Positions 29,664 to 39,658 of a stretch of 64,000 bases of DNA are shown one piece after another. Made by a program: the position numbers and the translations under genes. The stretch lies in the IMG/VR virus record IMGVR_UViG_3300033144_002959, positions 29,709-93,708 of that record; one strand, 5' to 3'. The notes under the pieces were generated by a model that did no database searches, had not been told where the DNA came from, and worked only from the letters and a program-made list of their open reading frames with translations. The stretch comes from a virus. Within the stretch, counting starts at the first letter, position 1; each line of letters opens with the position of its first letter.

Positions 29664-30152
29664 TCACGTCAGCAACACAGTGGTTTCCCACCGCTGCACG
29701 TACGCAATTACACCCTCACTAAGTTGAGCCGGGGTCTCCATCACAAAAACCCAGAATCTATTCGCCTGCACTACCGGAACCTGATTAGCCCCTGTCCCTG
29801 TTAATGGTTTCGTCAGCTTGATTGCGTCCCGAATCTGTTCCAAAAATTCGGTTGTGTTCATTTTCACACCAGTTGCCTTGCTGATTTTTTCAACGCATTG
29901 CTGCCCGCCGATAATATAAATATCGATAGTCACAGTCGCAGCCAAGCCATGATGTCCTTGCTTACGCTCGCCTGCCCCGTGGCCCTTCATGTTGTTGTAC
30001 ACGACACCAATAGCAGGTACGCCGATCTTCGACTGCTCAGAAAGCAAATCATCGCCATCAAACATATAGATAATTTTATCTTTGATCGCAGTGATAGTCT
30101 GCATTTTCACAGTCAGATCAGTAATCAATTCGCTGATAATATCGTGAGCCAT
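29664..30152 (-). CDS. Putative tail terminator
   Basis: PAIGVVY motif; position between morphogenesis gene and tail tube; ATG at 30152 (ORF track 30194). Confidence 0.55.
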   Translation of the reverse strand: MAHDIISELITDLTVKMQTITAIKDKIIYMFDGDDLLSEQSKIGVPAIGVVYNNMKGHGAGERKQGHHGLAATVTIDIYIIGGQQCVEKISKATGVKMNTTEFLEQIRDAIKLTKPLTGTGANQVPVVQANRFWVFVMETPAQLSEGVIAYVQRWETTVLLT

Positions 30153-30153
30153 A

Positions 30154-30600
30154 TCAATTCTTTTTCGCAATGCGCTCCAGAATAGCTGCCGCAATAATCG
30201 AAGCAGTGTCAGCGTCGTCTCGGGTCACACCCATAAACGGCCTCTCGATTTCGCCGCCTTCACCAAAATGATGCTTAGCAGCATACGGAACATCAGTCGC
30301 AATCTCACCAACAGTGTCTGTCTTGCGAGCAAATTGAATTGAGTGGAATAGGGCACCCGTGTCAAACAAAGTACCACCACCTTCGCCAGATTCTTTTCTT
30401 CGTAGGCCGAACGTTGATGGAATCCACGGCTTGCCTTCCGGGTCTTGCTCGTCAAGGAAGTGTTTGCGTATGCGATCAAGAGTCGAAGCGCCGACCGCAT
30501 CCGTAATAGTCTGTTTAGTACGCTGAGAGTCAGTCATCAAATCGAGTTTTTTGAATAGATCAGTCAGACCAACAAACGTAATTTCTATATCACGTGCCAT
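30154..30600 (-). CDS. Phage virion morphogenesis protein (Mu G / P2 S family)
   Basis: F.DEQDPEGKPW, TLFDTGALFHSI, VPYAAKHHFG, IERPFMG. Confidence 0.85.
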   Translation of the reverse strand: MARDIEITFVGLTDLFKKLDLMTDSQRTKQTITDAVGASTLDRIRKHFLDEQDPEGKPWIPSTFGLRRKESGEGGGTLFDTGALFHSIQFARKTDTVGEIATDVPYAAKHHFGEGGEIERPFMGVTRDDADTASIIAAAILERIAKKN

Positions 30601-31265
30601 TAGCTCATCGGCTTCAGTGCAGACGGCAAATACCGGATGTATCGATTCACCAAACCTTCAATAGAAATACAACAACCGAGCGCATTTTTATCGGAGTCAT
30701 CGCACGGCACACCATTATCGAAAATGGCTTTCGAAATAATCTGTGCAGCTTCCGTCAGCCAGTCTGGTGTGTTTTCGTAGATAGTGCCGAACGAATCAGC
30801 TACCGCAGTGAACCCGGCATCATAGGTCACCGACAGAAAATACCTGTCGCCGGAAACTATCTGCAACGTGCCACTCAATACCTGATCAGTTCCGGTAATC
30901 AAGACCGTACCCTTGCTCTGATCGAGCACAACGAAATCATTATTGATAGCAGTAGCCGCAGCAAGATCACCGAGCTGTGTTGCATTTTTGATTGATAGAG
31001 CCGCAGTTGCCGTGATGACAAACCCCTGACTCAAATAGAAGCGCGGGAATTCCCCGACGAAAGGGAACTCCCCGGTGTCCACGTAGTACGTGTCCGTGAT
31101 TGCTAGATTTTGATCAAACTCCGTACGGATGATCGAAATAAGATGCAGCGTTGCCGCTTCAATAGACGCCTGAGCCTTTGCGGTTACTTCATCCGCAAGG
31201 TTCTCAACATCCCCTAGACCTGCGCGAATCGCGAAGTCTTCAACTGATACCAACTTAGCGACCAT
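30600..31265 (-). CDS. Head-tail adaptor-like protein
   Basis: LVSVEDF...IEAAT N-terminus and VTYDAGF...PDWLTEAA C-terminus of gp6/gp15-like adaptors. Confidence 0.7.
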   Translation of the reverse strand: MVAKLVSVEDFAIRAGLGDVENLADEVTAKAQASIEAATLHLISIIRTEFDQNLAITDTYYVDTGEFPFVGEFPRFYLSQGFVITATAALSIKNATQLGDLAAATAINNDFVVLDQSKGTVLITGTDQVLSGTLQIVSGDRYFLSVTYDAGFTAVADSFGTIYENTPDWLTEAAQIISKAIFDNGVPCDDSDKNALGCCISIEGLVNRYIRYLPSALKPMS

Positions 31266-31272
31266 GCTGCCC

Positions 31273-31644
31273 TCATACGGTTACTGCTTCCTCATCCTCG
31301 TCGGCGTCATCATTCTCACCGTCGTCTTCCTCACCGTCTTCATTCACAGCCGAGGGACTATCGTCATCGTCTGCCGGATCGGGATCAGTATCGGGACCGT
31401 CAACCTTGTTATCGTCATCTTCGACAACAGGAGTCGGCACGCCGCCCTTATTGATAGATTTTTTCGGAGCCTCAAACGCCGGAGCGTTATCGTCGGCAGC
31501 ACGTCGGAAGTAAAACACGTTCCGTTCGTTGTTCTGCGCCAGCAAATGCTTTGCAGCTTTTTTAGAGACTTCGTAAACAACGCCCCGGTTGTACACCTTG
31601 CCGCTGTGTACATAAGTCTTCGACAACATAAGTTCGATCTTCAC
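31273..31644 (-). CDS. Small head-associated protein with acidic tail
   Basis: GKVYNRGVVYEVSKKAAKHLL then D/E-rich tail; GTG start with GGGAG RBS. Confidence 0.6.
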   Translation of the reverse strand: MKIELMLSKTYVHSGKVYNRGVVYEVSKKAAKHLLAQNNERNVFYFRRAADDNAPAFEAPKKSINKGGVPTPVVEDDDNKVDGPDTDPDPADDDDSPSAVNEDGEEDDGENDDADEDEEAVTV

Positions 31645-31700
31645 CGCTTTCTCCCGTTATTAACGCAAGGGGGGACTACGCCCCCCACTCACGTTGGATA

Positions 31701-32750
31701 CTAGCCGATGACGGCAGCGTCCGCCACATCCACGTTGCCGTGGACAACGATACTGACCGTACTGGTCGCAGCCCAGTCCACCAGACCCGCGTTGTCGAGC
31801 AGTACCAGATTGTTCACCCGGTCCAGCGTTATCACGCCATCCCATGCTTCAACCAGACCGTCAGCCGTTGTGGTCACGTAAACCGAGGCACCTGTCGGTT
31901 CGAAGTTAAGATGCACAACCAGCAGACCAGCCGTTACTTCCTCAGCAGTCGGGACTCGCCCTTCATGCAGGCTAATGTTCGCGTTTGCATTTCGACCGTT
32001 GTACGTCGGCGTCGCGCTCCACGTATGGTTCGCATGGGCCTCTGCAAGCGTTACCGCACGAGAGCCACCCACCGTCGAGAACAGATACCCTGTCGTAGCG
32101 TTAACAGCAACAAAGCGCCAGCTCGGATTCTTGATTTTCGGTTGCCCGACAACCACGTTGCCGAAAGCGTTCGACGGAATGTCCAAATGCAAAGGACCGC
32201 GACCCACCAGAGTGTTCTGACCAACAATCGCTGCCAGTGCTGCCAAACCTGCAACAGCTGTTACCGCAACACTCGGAACAACGATGTGACCGGCTACCAG
32301 AGCCGTCGCTTCCTGAATCTCAATCGGATCAGTGCCTGTAGCGTGAGCCACAATGGTTGTACCAGCAACACCGCGATAGAACCCAACCGTATCGGTTGCC
32401 CCGGTTACCACGCTCGTCACGAGCGCAATTTCCAGTTCGACGGCAACGTAATCACCAACCGTCAACAGGCCAGTCGTGATACCTGTCTGCACAACTTCCT
32501 GATCGGTGTTATTCCAGAACGTCAGGATGTCATCGAGGGAGTCGGTGGACAAATCGACAATCGCGTAAATGTCGTCATCACCAGCCGCAGCTGTGCCAAT
32601 AGTGAAAAACTCGCGATCAACGAATACGCCGGTCGATACAAATGCGGCCATGTCAGGTTGCCCCTGCCCCATAGCCATACCAGCGAGCATGTGTGCTGCA
32701 CCTTTATTGGTGTGCACGTCGAGAAAATTAAATGGATTTTTCGTAGGCAT
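31701..32750 (-). CDS. Putative capsid decoration/head fibre protein
   Basis: 349 aa A/V/T/G-rich, directly after major capsid gene; AGGAG RBS. Confidence 0.55.
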   Translation of the reverse strand: MPTKNPFNFLDVHTNKGAAHMLAGMAMGQGQPDMAAFVSTGVFVDREFFTIGTAAAGDDDIYAIVDLSTDSLDDILTFWNNTDQEVVQTGITTGLLTVGDYVAVELEIALVTSVVTGATDTVGFYRGVAGTTIVAHATGTDPIEIQEATALVAGHIVVPSVAVTAVAGLAALAAIVGQNTLVGRGPLHLDIPSNAFGNVVVGQPKIKNPSWRFVAVNATTGYLFSTVGGSRAVTLAEAHANHTWSATPTYNGRNANANISLHEGRVPTAEEVTAGLLVVHLNFEPTGASVYVTTTADGLVEAWDGVITLDRVNNLVLLDNAGLVDWAATSTVSIVVHGNVDVADAAVIG

Positions 32751-32806
32751 ATCGGTCTCCTATTACGCCCCTTCACTTATCAGGCACCACGCCCAATACA
32801 TTTTTT

Positions 32807-32822
32807 GTCCAACCAATTGGAC
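32807..32822. promoter_or_regulatory. 16-bp palindromic site, copy 3 (1 mismatch)
   Basis: GTCCAACCAATTGGAC, extended by flanking T/A, intergenic after the capsid gene. Confidence 0.75.
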
Positions 32823-32829
32823 AGGACTG

Positions 32830-32878
32830 AAACTAAGAGCCTCGGGGGCGAGGGTGAACAAACCCCCAAGGCAACTCA
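32830..32878 (-). terminator. Probable terminator after major capsid gene
   Basis: Imperfect stem GCCTTGGGGG...CCCCCGAGGC followed by TCTTAGTTT on minus strand. Confidence 0.5.
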
Positions 32879-32887
32879 GGTTACTGC

Positions 32888-33832
32888 TTAGCCGATGTTC
32901 GTGTACTTAACAGTGGCTTCCTCTTCCTCGTACTTGAAGTCCATCCGCATCGTCAAGACAATGATATACACACGAGCACTGATGTCTTTATCAGTCTCAA
33001 TATGGATGTCCCTCTGGATGCCGAAAATCATATTCAGCGGATTGGTCGTTAAACCATTCGACGCTGGCATGAGGCTGGCAGGATCGACCGCGACGCCGAA
33101 CCCGAACACTGGTGATGTGCCCTGAATCTGCGCGTCTCCCAAAGCCGTCTCACGATTCGCAAGCGAGTCGCGATAAGCAATTTCGTTATCCACTGAACAG
33201 AAGTGGCGCATCGCAGCACGGTTGCGAAGGTACTGATCAGGCATCGCCTGAAGACCTTGCTTCCATGTGTCCTTACTGATTTCAGCACCAGCAACGTCCA
33301 CAACATTGGTAGTGGACTGAATCAGCCAGCCATCGAGCAATGCAAGGAACGGATCGCCTGATCCGACGTCTCCGAGCAACGCCAGCTCTTCAAGGTCAAG
33401 CGCAGCACGCTCGGCAATGAGAGTCATGATCGTGTCACGGATACCGCCAGACGTCGGCGTACCATTCGTGTCGGTGTGCATACCGATATTGCCGCGCTCG
33501 ATATTGTCTTCGATAACGTCATACGGCAACCGCACTTCTGCGATTACTTCAGACGTTGCCAGCAAGACCTGCTCGGTCGTCGGGGCTGATCGATCACCCA
33601 CCACGAGAGGTGTGTTCGAAACAGCAGGGTGCAAGATTCGACTGGAAAACTGAATCTTGTTGATCTGCCGCTGCGGACTCGACATCGTCACGACACGCGA
33701 TTGATTGAGGATTGTAGGCTGAACGAGCAGCTTACGAATAAACTGGTTCGACTGTTCGTCGTTCAGTAGGCCACCGCTTGATAGATCGCCAACCGACCAG
33801 TCCGCTTTTTGCATCAAGTCTTTGTTGTCCAT
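32888..33832 (-). CDS. Major capsid protein (HK97 fold)
   Basis: GGLLNDEQSNQFI, YDVIEDNIE, AALDLEELALLGD, LDGWL, NPLNMIFGIQRDI; follows protease and scaffold. Confidence 0.92.
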   Translation of the reverse strand: MDNKDLMQKADWSVGDLSSGGLLNDEQSNQFIRKLLVQPTILNQSRVVTMSSPQRQINKIQFSSRILHPAVSNTPLVVGDRSAPTTEQVLLATSEVIAEVRLPYDVIEDNIERGNIGMHTDTNGTPTSGGIRDTIMTLIAERAALDLEELALLGDVGSGDPFLALLDGWLIQSTTNVVDVAGAEISKDTWKQGLQAMPDQYLRNRAAMRHFCSVDNEIAYRDSLANRETALGDAQIQGTSPVFGFGVAVDPASLMPASNGLTTNPLNMIFGIQRDIHIETDKDISARVYIIVLTMRMDFKYEEEEATVKYTNIG

Positions 33833-33876
33833 TTCAACTCCAAGTTTTCTGAGAATATAACCGTTGGTCGGAAGAA

Positions 33877-35259
33877 TTACGCAGCGCTTTCGATATCGCC
33901 TGCAATCCTATCCAGCGAAGTTCCGCCCCAGAACTTTTCGTCCGAGGCTTCGCCTTTTGAACGATGGGTGCCAAGACTCTGGTCGGCGTTATCGCCGCCA
34001 TCACTATTTGACGGAACAGTACCCTTAACAGCTTTAGTCGCTTTCTCCGCAGCCTCCGCAGTCGCATCAACCTTCTCGGTCAACTTGTCCTGCTTCGATT
34101 TTAGATCGGCAACTTCAGTCCGTACTCCGCTTACAGCCTCCAGAACTGGGGCCAGTGCTGCTTTGATAATCGCAGCAATGTCCTGTTCACTCTCATCACT
34201 CTTCTCAGTTGACTTATCGTCATCCGATGCACTTTCGTCTTTCTTGTCGTCTGACTTCGAAGCGGTATCGCCTGCTTTGTCGTCAATGTCCAAATCCTCG
34301 ATGTGGACGCTCTTCAATTTCTTGCGGTCCTCATCGGTTAGTCCGCCGTCTTTCTGGACCGCCTCACCAGCGTCGTCGCCTGCGGCTGCGTCGCCCGCAC
34401 CGCCTGCGTCCGCGTCACCGGCATCAGCGTCCGCGTCACCGGCAGCATCGGCGTCATCAGCCGCCGCGCTGTCTCCGGCGTCATCGGCACCATCGTCTGC
34501 TCCGGCGTCAGCATCATCTTTACCAGCTTCGTCGTCCCCGGCATCAGCGTCTCCAGCGTCATCGCCTGCATCTGCCTGCGAATCAGCTTCGCCGGGTGCA
34601 GGAGTTTCCAGTTCCATTTCGTCAATCTTAAATGCCACTTCCGGCAAACCATCAACGAAGCTGAGGACATGATTGGTGTACGCATTTAACAACGTACCGA
34701 TACCATTACGTGCAGCCGTCTGATCCTCGGCAGTACGCAGTACATTCCGCATCGTCTCCATCATTACATCCGTCGCCACATGGACACCCGGAAGGAATGC
34801 CCCTTGGCTAAAATTCTCAGCAAAATCAGTACCTTCGGGAAAAGGATCGAACTGTTTCTTAACCTGCTCAGAGGCATTCAGAAACAACCCACCCATTTCG
34901 TTGAGCTTGATCAGAACCACCTGATCTTCCTCAAAGTCGCACTGCTTCAGGATAACCACGTCATCTTTCTCAACGCGATCATCAATCTTCAGGCCCAACT
35001 CTTTTAGCTTGGGGCCAAACTCTGCTTCGTGTTTCTGTTGAACCACGATGCCCGCGAGTACGCAGCCGGTAGCCTTTGACTCGGCACCGTCCTGCTTAAA
35101 CATTCTTGTCAAATTGATCATCAAGCTGCCCTCCACTGGGTCATCTGCTTTCATTACTCGAAACGGAATCCTACTGGCTGGTCGAGTGACCAACGAAATG
35201 AAATTGACATCTGCGTCTTCCATCGCGTTTGCCTTCACTTTGATGCGTCGTGTTGTCAT
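33877..35259 (-). CDS. Scaffold/prohead-protease-associated protein
   Basis: N-terminal VNFISLVTRPA motif, long D/A/G low-complexity linker, C-terminal coiled coil, directly before capsid gene. Confidence 0.7.
   Translation of the reverse strand: MTTRRIKVKANAMEDADVNFISLVTRPASRIPFRVMKADDPVEGSLMINLTRMFKQDGAESKATGCVLAGIVVQQKHEAEFGPKLKELGLKIDDRVEKDDVVILKQCDFEEDQVVLIKLNEMGGLFLNASEQVKKQFDPFPEGTDFAENFSQGAFLPGVHVATDVMMETMRNVLRTAEDQTAARNGIGTLLNAYTNHVLSFVDGLPEVAFKIDEMELETPAPGEADSQADAGDDAGDADAGDDEAGKDDADAGADDGADDAGDSAAADDADAAGDADADAGDADAGGAGDAAAGDDAGEAVQKDGGLTDEDRKKLKSVHIEDLDIDDKAGDTASKSDDKKDESASDDDKSTEKSDESEQDIAAIIKAALAPVLEAVSGVRTEVADLKSKQDKLTEKVDATAEAAEKATKAVKGTVPSNSDGGDNADQSLGTHRSKGEASDEKFWGGTSLDRIAGDIESAA
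34365..34600 (-). repeat. Degenerate DAG/DDAG coding repeats
   Basis: ADAGDDAGDADAGDDEAG...; direct repeat GCGTCCGCGTCACCGGCA twice. Confidence 0.75.
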
Positions 35260-35873
35260 GCTGCCCTTTCACTTACCACGTTCACTTCCTCAGCAATGCT
35301 ATATCGGTGCGTGTGCCCGTCCGCCGCTTCAGTCACGGTGCCTCGTTGAATCTTGTGGCTATGCCCAGCATTCGTCGCCGTACTGCCTCCGAGAAAATTA
35401 CCCTCATCGTCAAACTTCACCGTGTACCGGTGTGTATGACCATCGGCTTCGACGGTAACACCTCCGAGAACGTCTGGCACCTCAATCTCGATGACTTTTT
35501 CTTTCATGTGTACAAGGGCTTCCATCGAGAAACCGTTAATCTCGCCCGACTTGATAGCCTCCCACATGCCAGCATCAGGCACGTGCATCCCAATAACCCA
35601 CGCCTCGGGAATGTAGATAACGTCATCTTCGCGAGCAATAAACGACTCCACGACAGTAGACCCATTCAGATTATTGTCATGGTTTGTATCGCATTGATCA
35701 AGAATTTGCTTGGTCATAAAGAGGTGAGCCATCTTGCGAACCTCAACCGGAGTCATAAATTCGCCGTGGACATCGGGGACATTCGGAGCGTACACCTCGC
35801 CATAAACGATTTGCAGCTCGTCGTCCGTTTTGCGGATCAAGCATTCCATGAGACTGGATGCTAAGACCTCCAA
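35256..35873 (-). CDS. XkdF-like prohead protease with His-rich C-terminal repeats
   Basis: IVYGEVYAPNVPDVHGE, DTNH, VVESFIA, WEAIKSGEINGFS; tail has GHTH, GHSH, GHTH. Confidence 0.85.
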   Translation of the reverse strand: MEVLASSLMECLIRKTDDELQIVYGEVYAPNVPDVHGEFMTPVEVRKMAHLFMTKQILDQCDTNHDNNLNGSTVVESFIAREDDVIYIPEAWVIGMHVPDAGMWEAIKSGEINGFSMEALVHMKEKVIEIEVPDVLGGVTVEADGHTHRYTVKFDDEGNFLGGSTATNAGHSHKIQRGTVTEAADGHTHRYSIAEEVNVVSERAA

Positions 35874-35900
35874 CTACTCTTTGCAAATAATTGGACTAGA

Positions 35901-36197
35901 TTATTCGAATCGTTTTGCTCGCCAACCAACGGTTGCCAGCTCGATTGCCTCTTCATCCGTGGGCACGGGATCGATGGTTTTCAGATCGAATTTGTAGCCC
36001 ATGAAATTATCCCGAATGAAATCGTTGTCGTGAATCACCCACTCTCCCGCTTCAGGATCGAAGCGCCGGAACTCATTGACAGGGGGCTTCGCCGCAGTAT
36101 CGTACTCCCAGCGGAACAACAGGAACGGGGCCTCGGAATGCTTCGACAGCATGTACCGTACCTGCTTGATTCTCTTTTTTGTGACTATGTCTGTCAT
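35901..36197 (-). CDS. Putative immunity protein for the MuF toxin
   Basis: 98 aa, ATGA-coupled to toxin stop; position typical of polymorphic-toxin immunity genes. Confidence 0.65.
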   Translation of the reverse strand: MTDIVTKKRIKQVRYMLSKHSEAPFLLFRWEYDTAAKPPVNEFRRFDPEAGEWVIHDNDFIRDNFMGYKFDLKTIDPVPTDEEAIELATVGWRAKRFE

Positions 36198-37786
36198 CCG
36201 CTCGGTCCATTAAATTCCGCAATTAGCCCATCCATGAATTCCATAAAGTCTGGTCTCGTAATCCCCTCGGCGTTTTCGACCATTTCAGCAAACATCGCTT
36301 TAGCTGTGGGATCGTTTGGATTCATTTCCCGCCACACTACGTAAATGTCATGATTGATTTTCTTTACTTCTATAGAGATTGGGGTGTGAAACTGGACTTC
36401 AATCTGCAACCCTTGCGGCGTTATCAGGTTGACATTTACGCCCTTATACTCCGGGCGCGAATCCCACGTGGATTCGAAGGAAGCGTTTTTGTAGCCCAAG
36501 TTTCTGAACCTTTCCATCACAGCCCGAATATCATTTACGTAATCCTCCGGCTCAGCCAGAAACGTGTACCGCAATGAGTCCGATATTCTCGCTGCCGCTT
36601 GCTCTTCAGTGACCCCGTACTTTTCCATCTGATTGCGAATCTTGCGCCTCGTGGACTTCAAATCCTTCAAGCGGTTATAGATCAACGTTCCGTCTTCAAT
36701 CGTTACAAGCCCATCGATACCGGGAAACTGCATTTCTTTAGAAGGAAAATCCATATCCAGTTCATCAGCCAGTCGAACCACGTCTCCAGTAACCGTGCTA
36801 TCAGACTCCCTCGCCAGTGCGACCATATCCCTTGCCAATGCAGCGACTAATTTTTCCTGCTCTGCGGGGGTAAACTCTTCACCCGGCAGCTCTACTATAT
36901 TTTCATTGATCGGTGTGACGTCGGCTGGCTGAGTCACCGTAACCGTTCCCGCTTTCACAATCACGCCCCGACACAATGGGTGAAATGGTGGCGTATCCCA
37001 ACCCTTATCCTGAACCTGAGATTTCGTCATCTGAGCAAGCTGGGCAACAGACTTCTCATCCTGCTTCGGCCAAGGAGCCACAGATTTCATGTCATCAGGA
37101 TTCGTTGTGGACATCCAGTTTTCCAGCTTGGCCTGCGCCTGCGGAACATCGAACGTGCGCCCGTGCATAGTCCGACATACTGGACAGGTCCGCCCATCGA
37201 GACGTTCATTGATCTGGAATTTACTGATACCTCTTGAAGTCGCCTCTACGGTGTACCCCCAGCTGGCCAGTCGTGACGTATGCAAACTTGAACCGATATC
37301 AATAAACGACTTCCCATTTTGGTTAACGCTACTGACAAACTCTTGCGGAAACCCCGGCGTTGCATCTTTTTTAACCGTCGCATCTTGCTGATCCGCCCGC
37401 TCACGTCCCAACATTTCAACAGCCAACCGGCACACAGACTGGGTCGCGTTTTCTTCCATCATAATGACCAGATTATTCGCCGCCAGCTTTATCTCTTCCG
37501 GCCTGCCAGTCTCCATGAATATAGATTTTCTCGGGTCACGGCTTAACCGGCTGGCCCCAAACAACACCGCTTGCATACCAATAAATTCAGCAAACCTACG
37601 GTTGTCTTCCGCCGCTTTGGCCAGACTAAACCCTTCACACAGATCAACAGCCGCAGCGAAATCGCCTGCGTTTACCAGCTCAAGCACTTCTCGGGTAAGG
37701 GTGGCAATATCACCGCGCCACGAATTTTGGATTCGGTTGCTGAGTGATTGTTCTAAGACTAAAAAACTTTTAATGCTGACAGTCAT
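36194..37786 (-). CDS. MuF minor head protein fused to RelA/SpoT-like alarmone synthetase domain
   Basis: MuF: LDGRTCPVCRTMHG and PPFHPLCR. C-terminus: RLKDLKSTRRKI, SDSLRY, YKGVN, IEVQFHT, HDIY (SYN1-4-like). Confidence 0.85.
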   Translation of the reverse strand: MTVSIKSFLVLEQSLSNRIQNSWRGDIATLTREVLELVNAGDFAAAVDLCEGFSLAKAAEDNRRFAEFIGMQAVLFGASRLSRDPRKSIFMETGRPEEIKLAANNLVIMMEENATQSVCRLAVEMLGRERADQQDATVKKDATPGFPQEFVSSVNQNGKSFIDIGSSLHTSRLASWGYTVEATSRGISKFQINERLDGRTCPVCRTMHGRTFDVPQAQAKLENWMSTTNPDDMKSVAPWPKQDEKSVAQLAQMTKSQVQDKGWDTPPFHPLCRGVIVKAGTVTVTQPADVTPINENIVELPGEEFTPAEQEKLVAALARDMVALARESDSTVTGDVVRLADELDMDFPSKEMQFPGIDGLVTIEDGTLIYNRLKDLKSTRRKIRNQMEKYGVTEEQAAARISDSLRYTFLAEPEDYVNDIRAVMERFRNLGYKNASFESTWDSRPEYKGVNVNLITPQGLQIEVQFHTPISIEVKKINHDIYVVWREMNPNDPTAKAMFAEMVENAEGITRPDFMEFMDGLIAEFNGPSG

Positions 37787-39629
37787 CGGGACGCTCAGCT
37801 ATAGAACTGGCAGCTCCGACAAGTTCAACAGCCCCGATCATGTCATGATCCACAGCGGACATCATTTTCAGAGTGCAATACCCATCAAACCGTTGTCGCG
37901 TAACTGCATCCATCCGTTCAATAGTGGTCCGCATTAACTCAGTTTCGGTTGCGGATACTTCGTTAGTCAACTGTGCTCGGCACCATTGGCCAACCAAGTC
38001 CATCATATCGAACGTATCCATCGCTTCCTTGCGCGACGGGGGGGTCGCTGGCTGCGAGGTGTTAGGCGGATTCTCAACGCCTGCCGTGAGTGCTGGCGCT
38101 GGCTCACCGACCGGTGCCACTATAACCGGAGGTTCAGGCTCTTCCGGCTCGCTGTCATCTGGTACCAGTGTCATACCAACAATCTCATTGACTGCTCCGA
38201 CTCTGGTCTCTCTCGACAAGTCTTCGGCCACGATACCCAGCGCTTCCAACTTGGTCTGCACGTCATCAACCGTCAACGGTAGTGACCTGAAAATAAACTC
38301 ACCTTCAGGGTCCAGTTCGCGCATGATCGTGTTGTTGATTATCTCATCGAACTCATCGCGCTCTGGTTGAAACACTTGCGCCTCGGTCACCGTGTAACTG
38401 GCAAACGCAGTTGCGAAACTGTAGTCCTGCGCTTTGCCCACAAAGATAGGGGGCAAGCGGAATGACGAACGCACACGCTCTTCACATCGAGCATCGTAAT
38501 TCTCAAACATCGAATCCTGAATACGCTCAGAACCAAAACGCTCTACCGTCACACGCACGGTACCGGGCTTATCCAATGAGCCTCCCGACGCAGCCACTTC
38601 GACAATGCCTGCCCGGTGATAGCTCGATCCCTTGCCCGACATATATTGCTGCAACTGCTTACGCACTTCGGGGGTCAACTCACCGCCCTGAATGATAATC
38701 AGCGCCGGAGGCAAGCCGCCGCTATTAAAGAAATCCAGATTCAACTCTTCGGCTTTACGGCTACCCAGTACGCTCGGAATCTGATTGATCCAACGTGGCA
38801 CACCGTAAGGAGTTTTCGCATCCTCATACACTGTGAAATACAGCACTTCGGTTGCCCGGTCTTTTATGTCCAGCTTTTCCTCACTCCATTCCCCGGTGAG
38901 TCTATTCAGCTCGCGGCTCGCGCCGTACTCTTTGAAGTAAATCACCCGCTTGCTAATGATCTGAGCGAACCGCCGCTCTCGAACATTCATCACAACTTCC
39001 ATTTCCTGACCGTCGCGCTGCACTTTCTGCTCAACCAATACGGGTTCATCCAGCTTCACCAGCCGCATTTGATGCGCCGGGATATGCTTCAGAAACATCA
39101 GCTCACCATCGATTGAACGCAGCACTTCCATGAATGCGTAGCCGACCTGCTCCAGATCGCGCCGGGTCTCGCGCCTCAATGTGGTGAATGACGTGCGGGG
39201 AAACGGTTCCTTGAACCAGTCTTCCAGCTTTTCTTTCTCTGGATCATTTTTAGGTTCGTCGTTCTCTTCGGCTTCATCATCCCTTTCTATTTCCCAGCCG
39301 GTGCCATCGATATTGACTTCCATTGCAGCAATCATCTGGCCCAGCGTATTATTGCGCTGGCACAGCATGGTCAATTGCTGGGGCTGAAACGGGGGGCGCA
39401 GCACTTGCGCCTCGGGATCATTCTTACGGGGGTCGAAAAAGAATGCTTCAAACGCATCGTCTTTTTCCAACTGACTACCAGCCAGCACTGCCTTATCCTG
39501 CTTCGACACGGTACCGGTTTTTACAACGGTCATGTGCGATGCAGGATCGCCCTGCACACCCATCGCGTTACCGAGAGACACGACTTTAGTACTCGGCCCC
39601 TCTCCATCACCCTTGTATATGATTGACAT
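37770..39629 (-). CDS. Portal protein (PBSX/P2-like)
   Basis: DLEQVGYAFMEV.R, YGVPRW, FFNSGGLP, FRLPPIFVG, VFQPER; ATG at 39629. Confidence 0.9.
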   Translation of the reverse strand: MSIIYKGDGEGPSTKVVSLGNAMGVQGDPASHMTVVKTGTVSKQDKAVLAGSQLEKDDAFEAFFFDPRKNDPEAQVLRPPFQPQQLTMLCQRNNTLGQMIAAMEVNIDGTGWEIERDDEAEENDEPKNDPEKEKLEDWFKEPFPRTSFTTLRRETRRDLEQVGYAFMEVLRSIDGELMFLKHIPAHQMRLVKLDEPVLVEQKVQRDGQEMEVVMNVRERRFAQIISKRVIYFKEYGASRELNRLTGEWSEEKLDIKDRATEVLYFTVYEDAKTPYGVPRWINQIPSVLGSRKAEELNLDFFNSGGLPPALIIIQGGELTPEVRKQLQQYMSGKGSSYHRAGIVEVAASGGSLDKPGTVRVTVERFGSERIQDSMFENYDARCEERVRSSFRLPPIFVGKAQDYSFATAFASYTVTEAQVFQPERDEFDEIINNTIMRELDPEGEFIFRSLPLTVDDVQTKLEALGIVAEDLSRETRVGAVNEIVGMTLVPDDSEPEEPEPPVIVAPVGEPAPALTAGVENPPNTSQPATPPSRKEAMDTFDMMDLVGQWCRAQLTNEVSATETELMRTTIERMDAVTRQRFDGYCTLKMMSAVDHDMIGAVELVGAASSIAERPDDCQH

Positions 39630-39635
39630 GCGTCC

Positions 39636-39651
39636 GTCCAATTGATTGGAT
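39636..39651. promoter_or_regulatory. 16-bp palindromic site, copy 4 (1 mismatch)
   Basis: GTCCAATTGATTGGAT between the putative -10 box and the portal ATG. Confidence 0.75.
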
Positions 39652-39658
39652 AGAGCGC

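Noticed and set aside
31740-32891. 383-aa plus-strand ORF
   Set aside because: Antisense shadow of the 349-aa minus-strand gene; no recognisable motifs and the whole region is transcribed on minus.
33809-34672. 287-aa Ser/Ala/Pro-rich plus-strand ORF
   Set aside because: Mirror of the DAG low-complexity scaffold linker.
35250-35864. 204-aa ORF listed over the XkdF gene
   Set aside because: The translation corresponds to the opposite strand of the protease gene and has no motifs.
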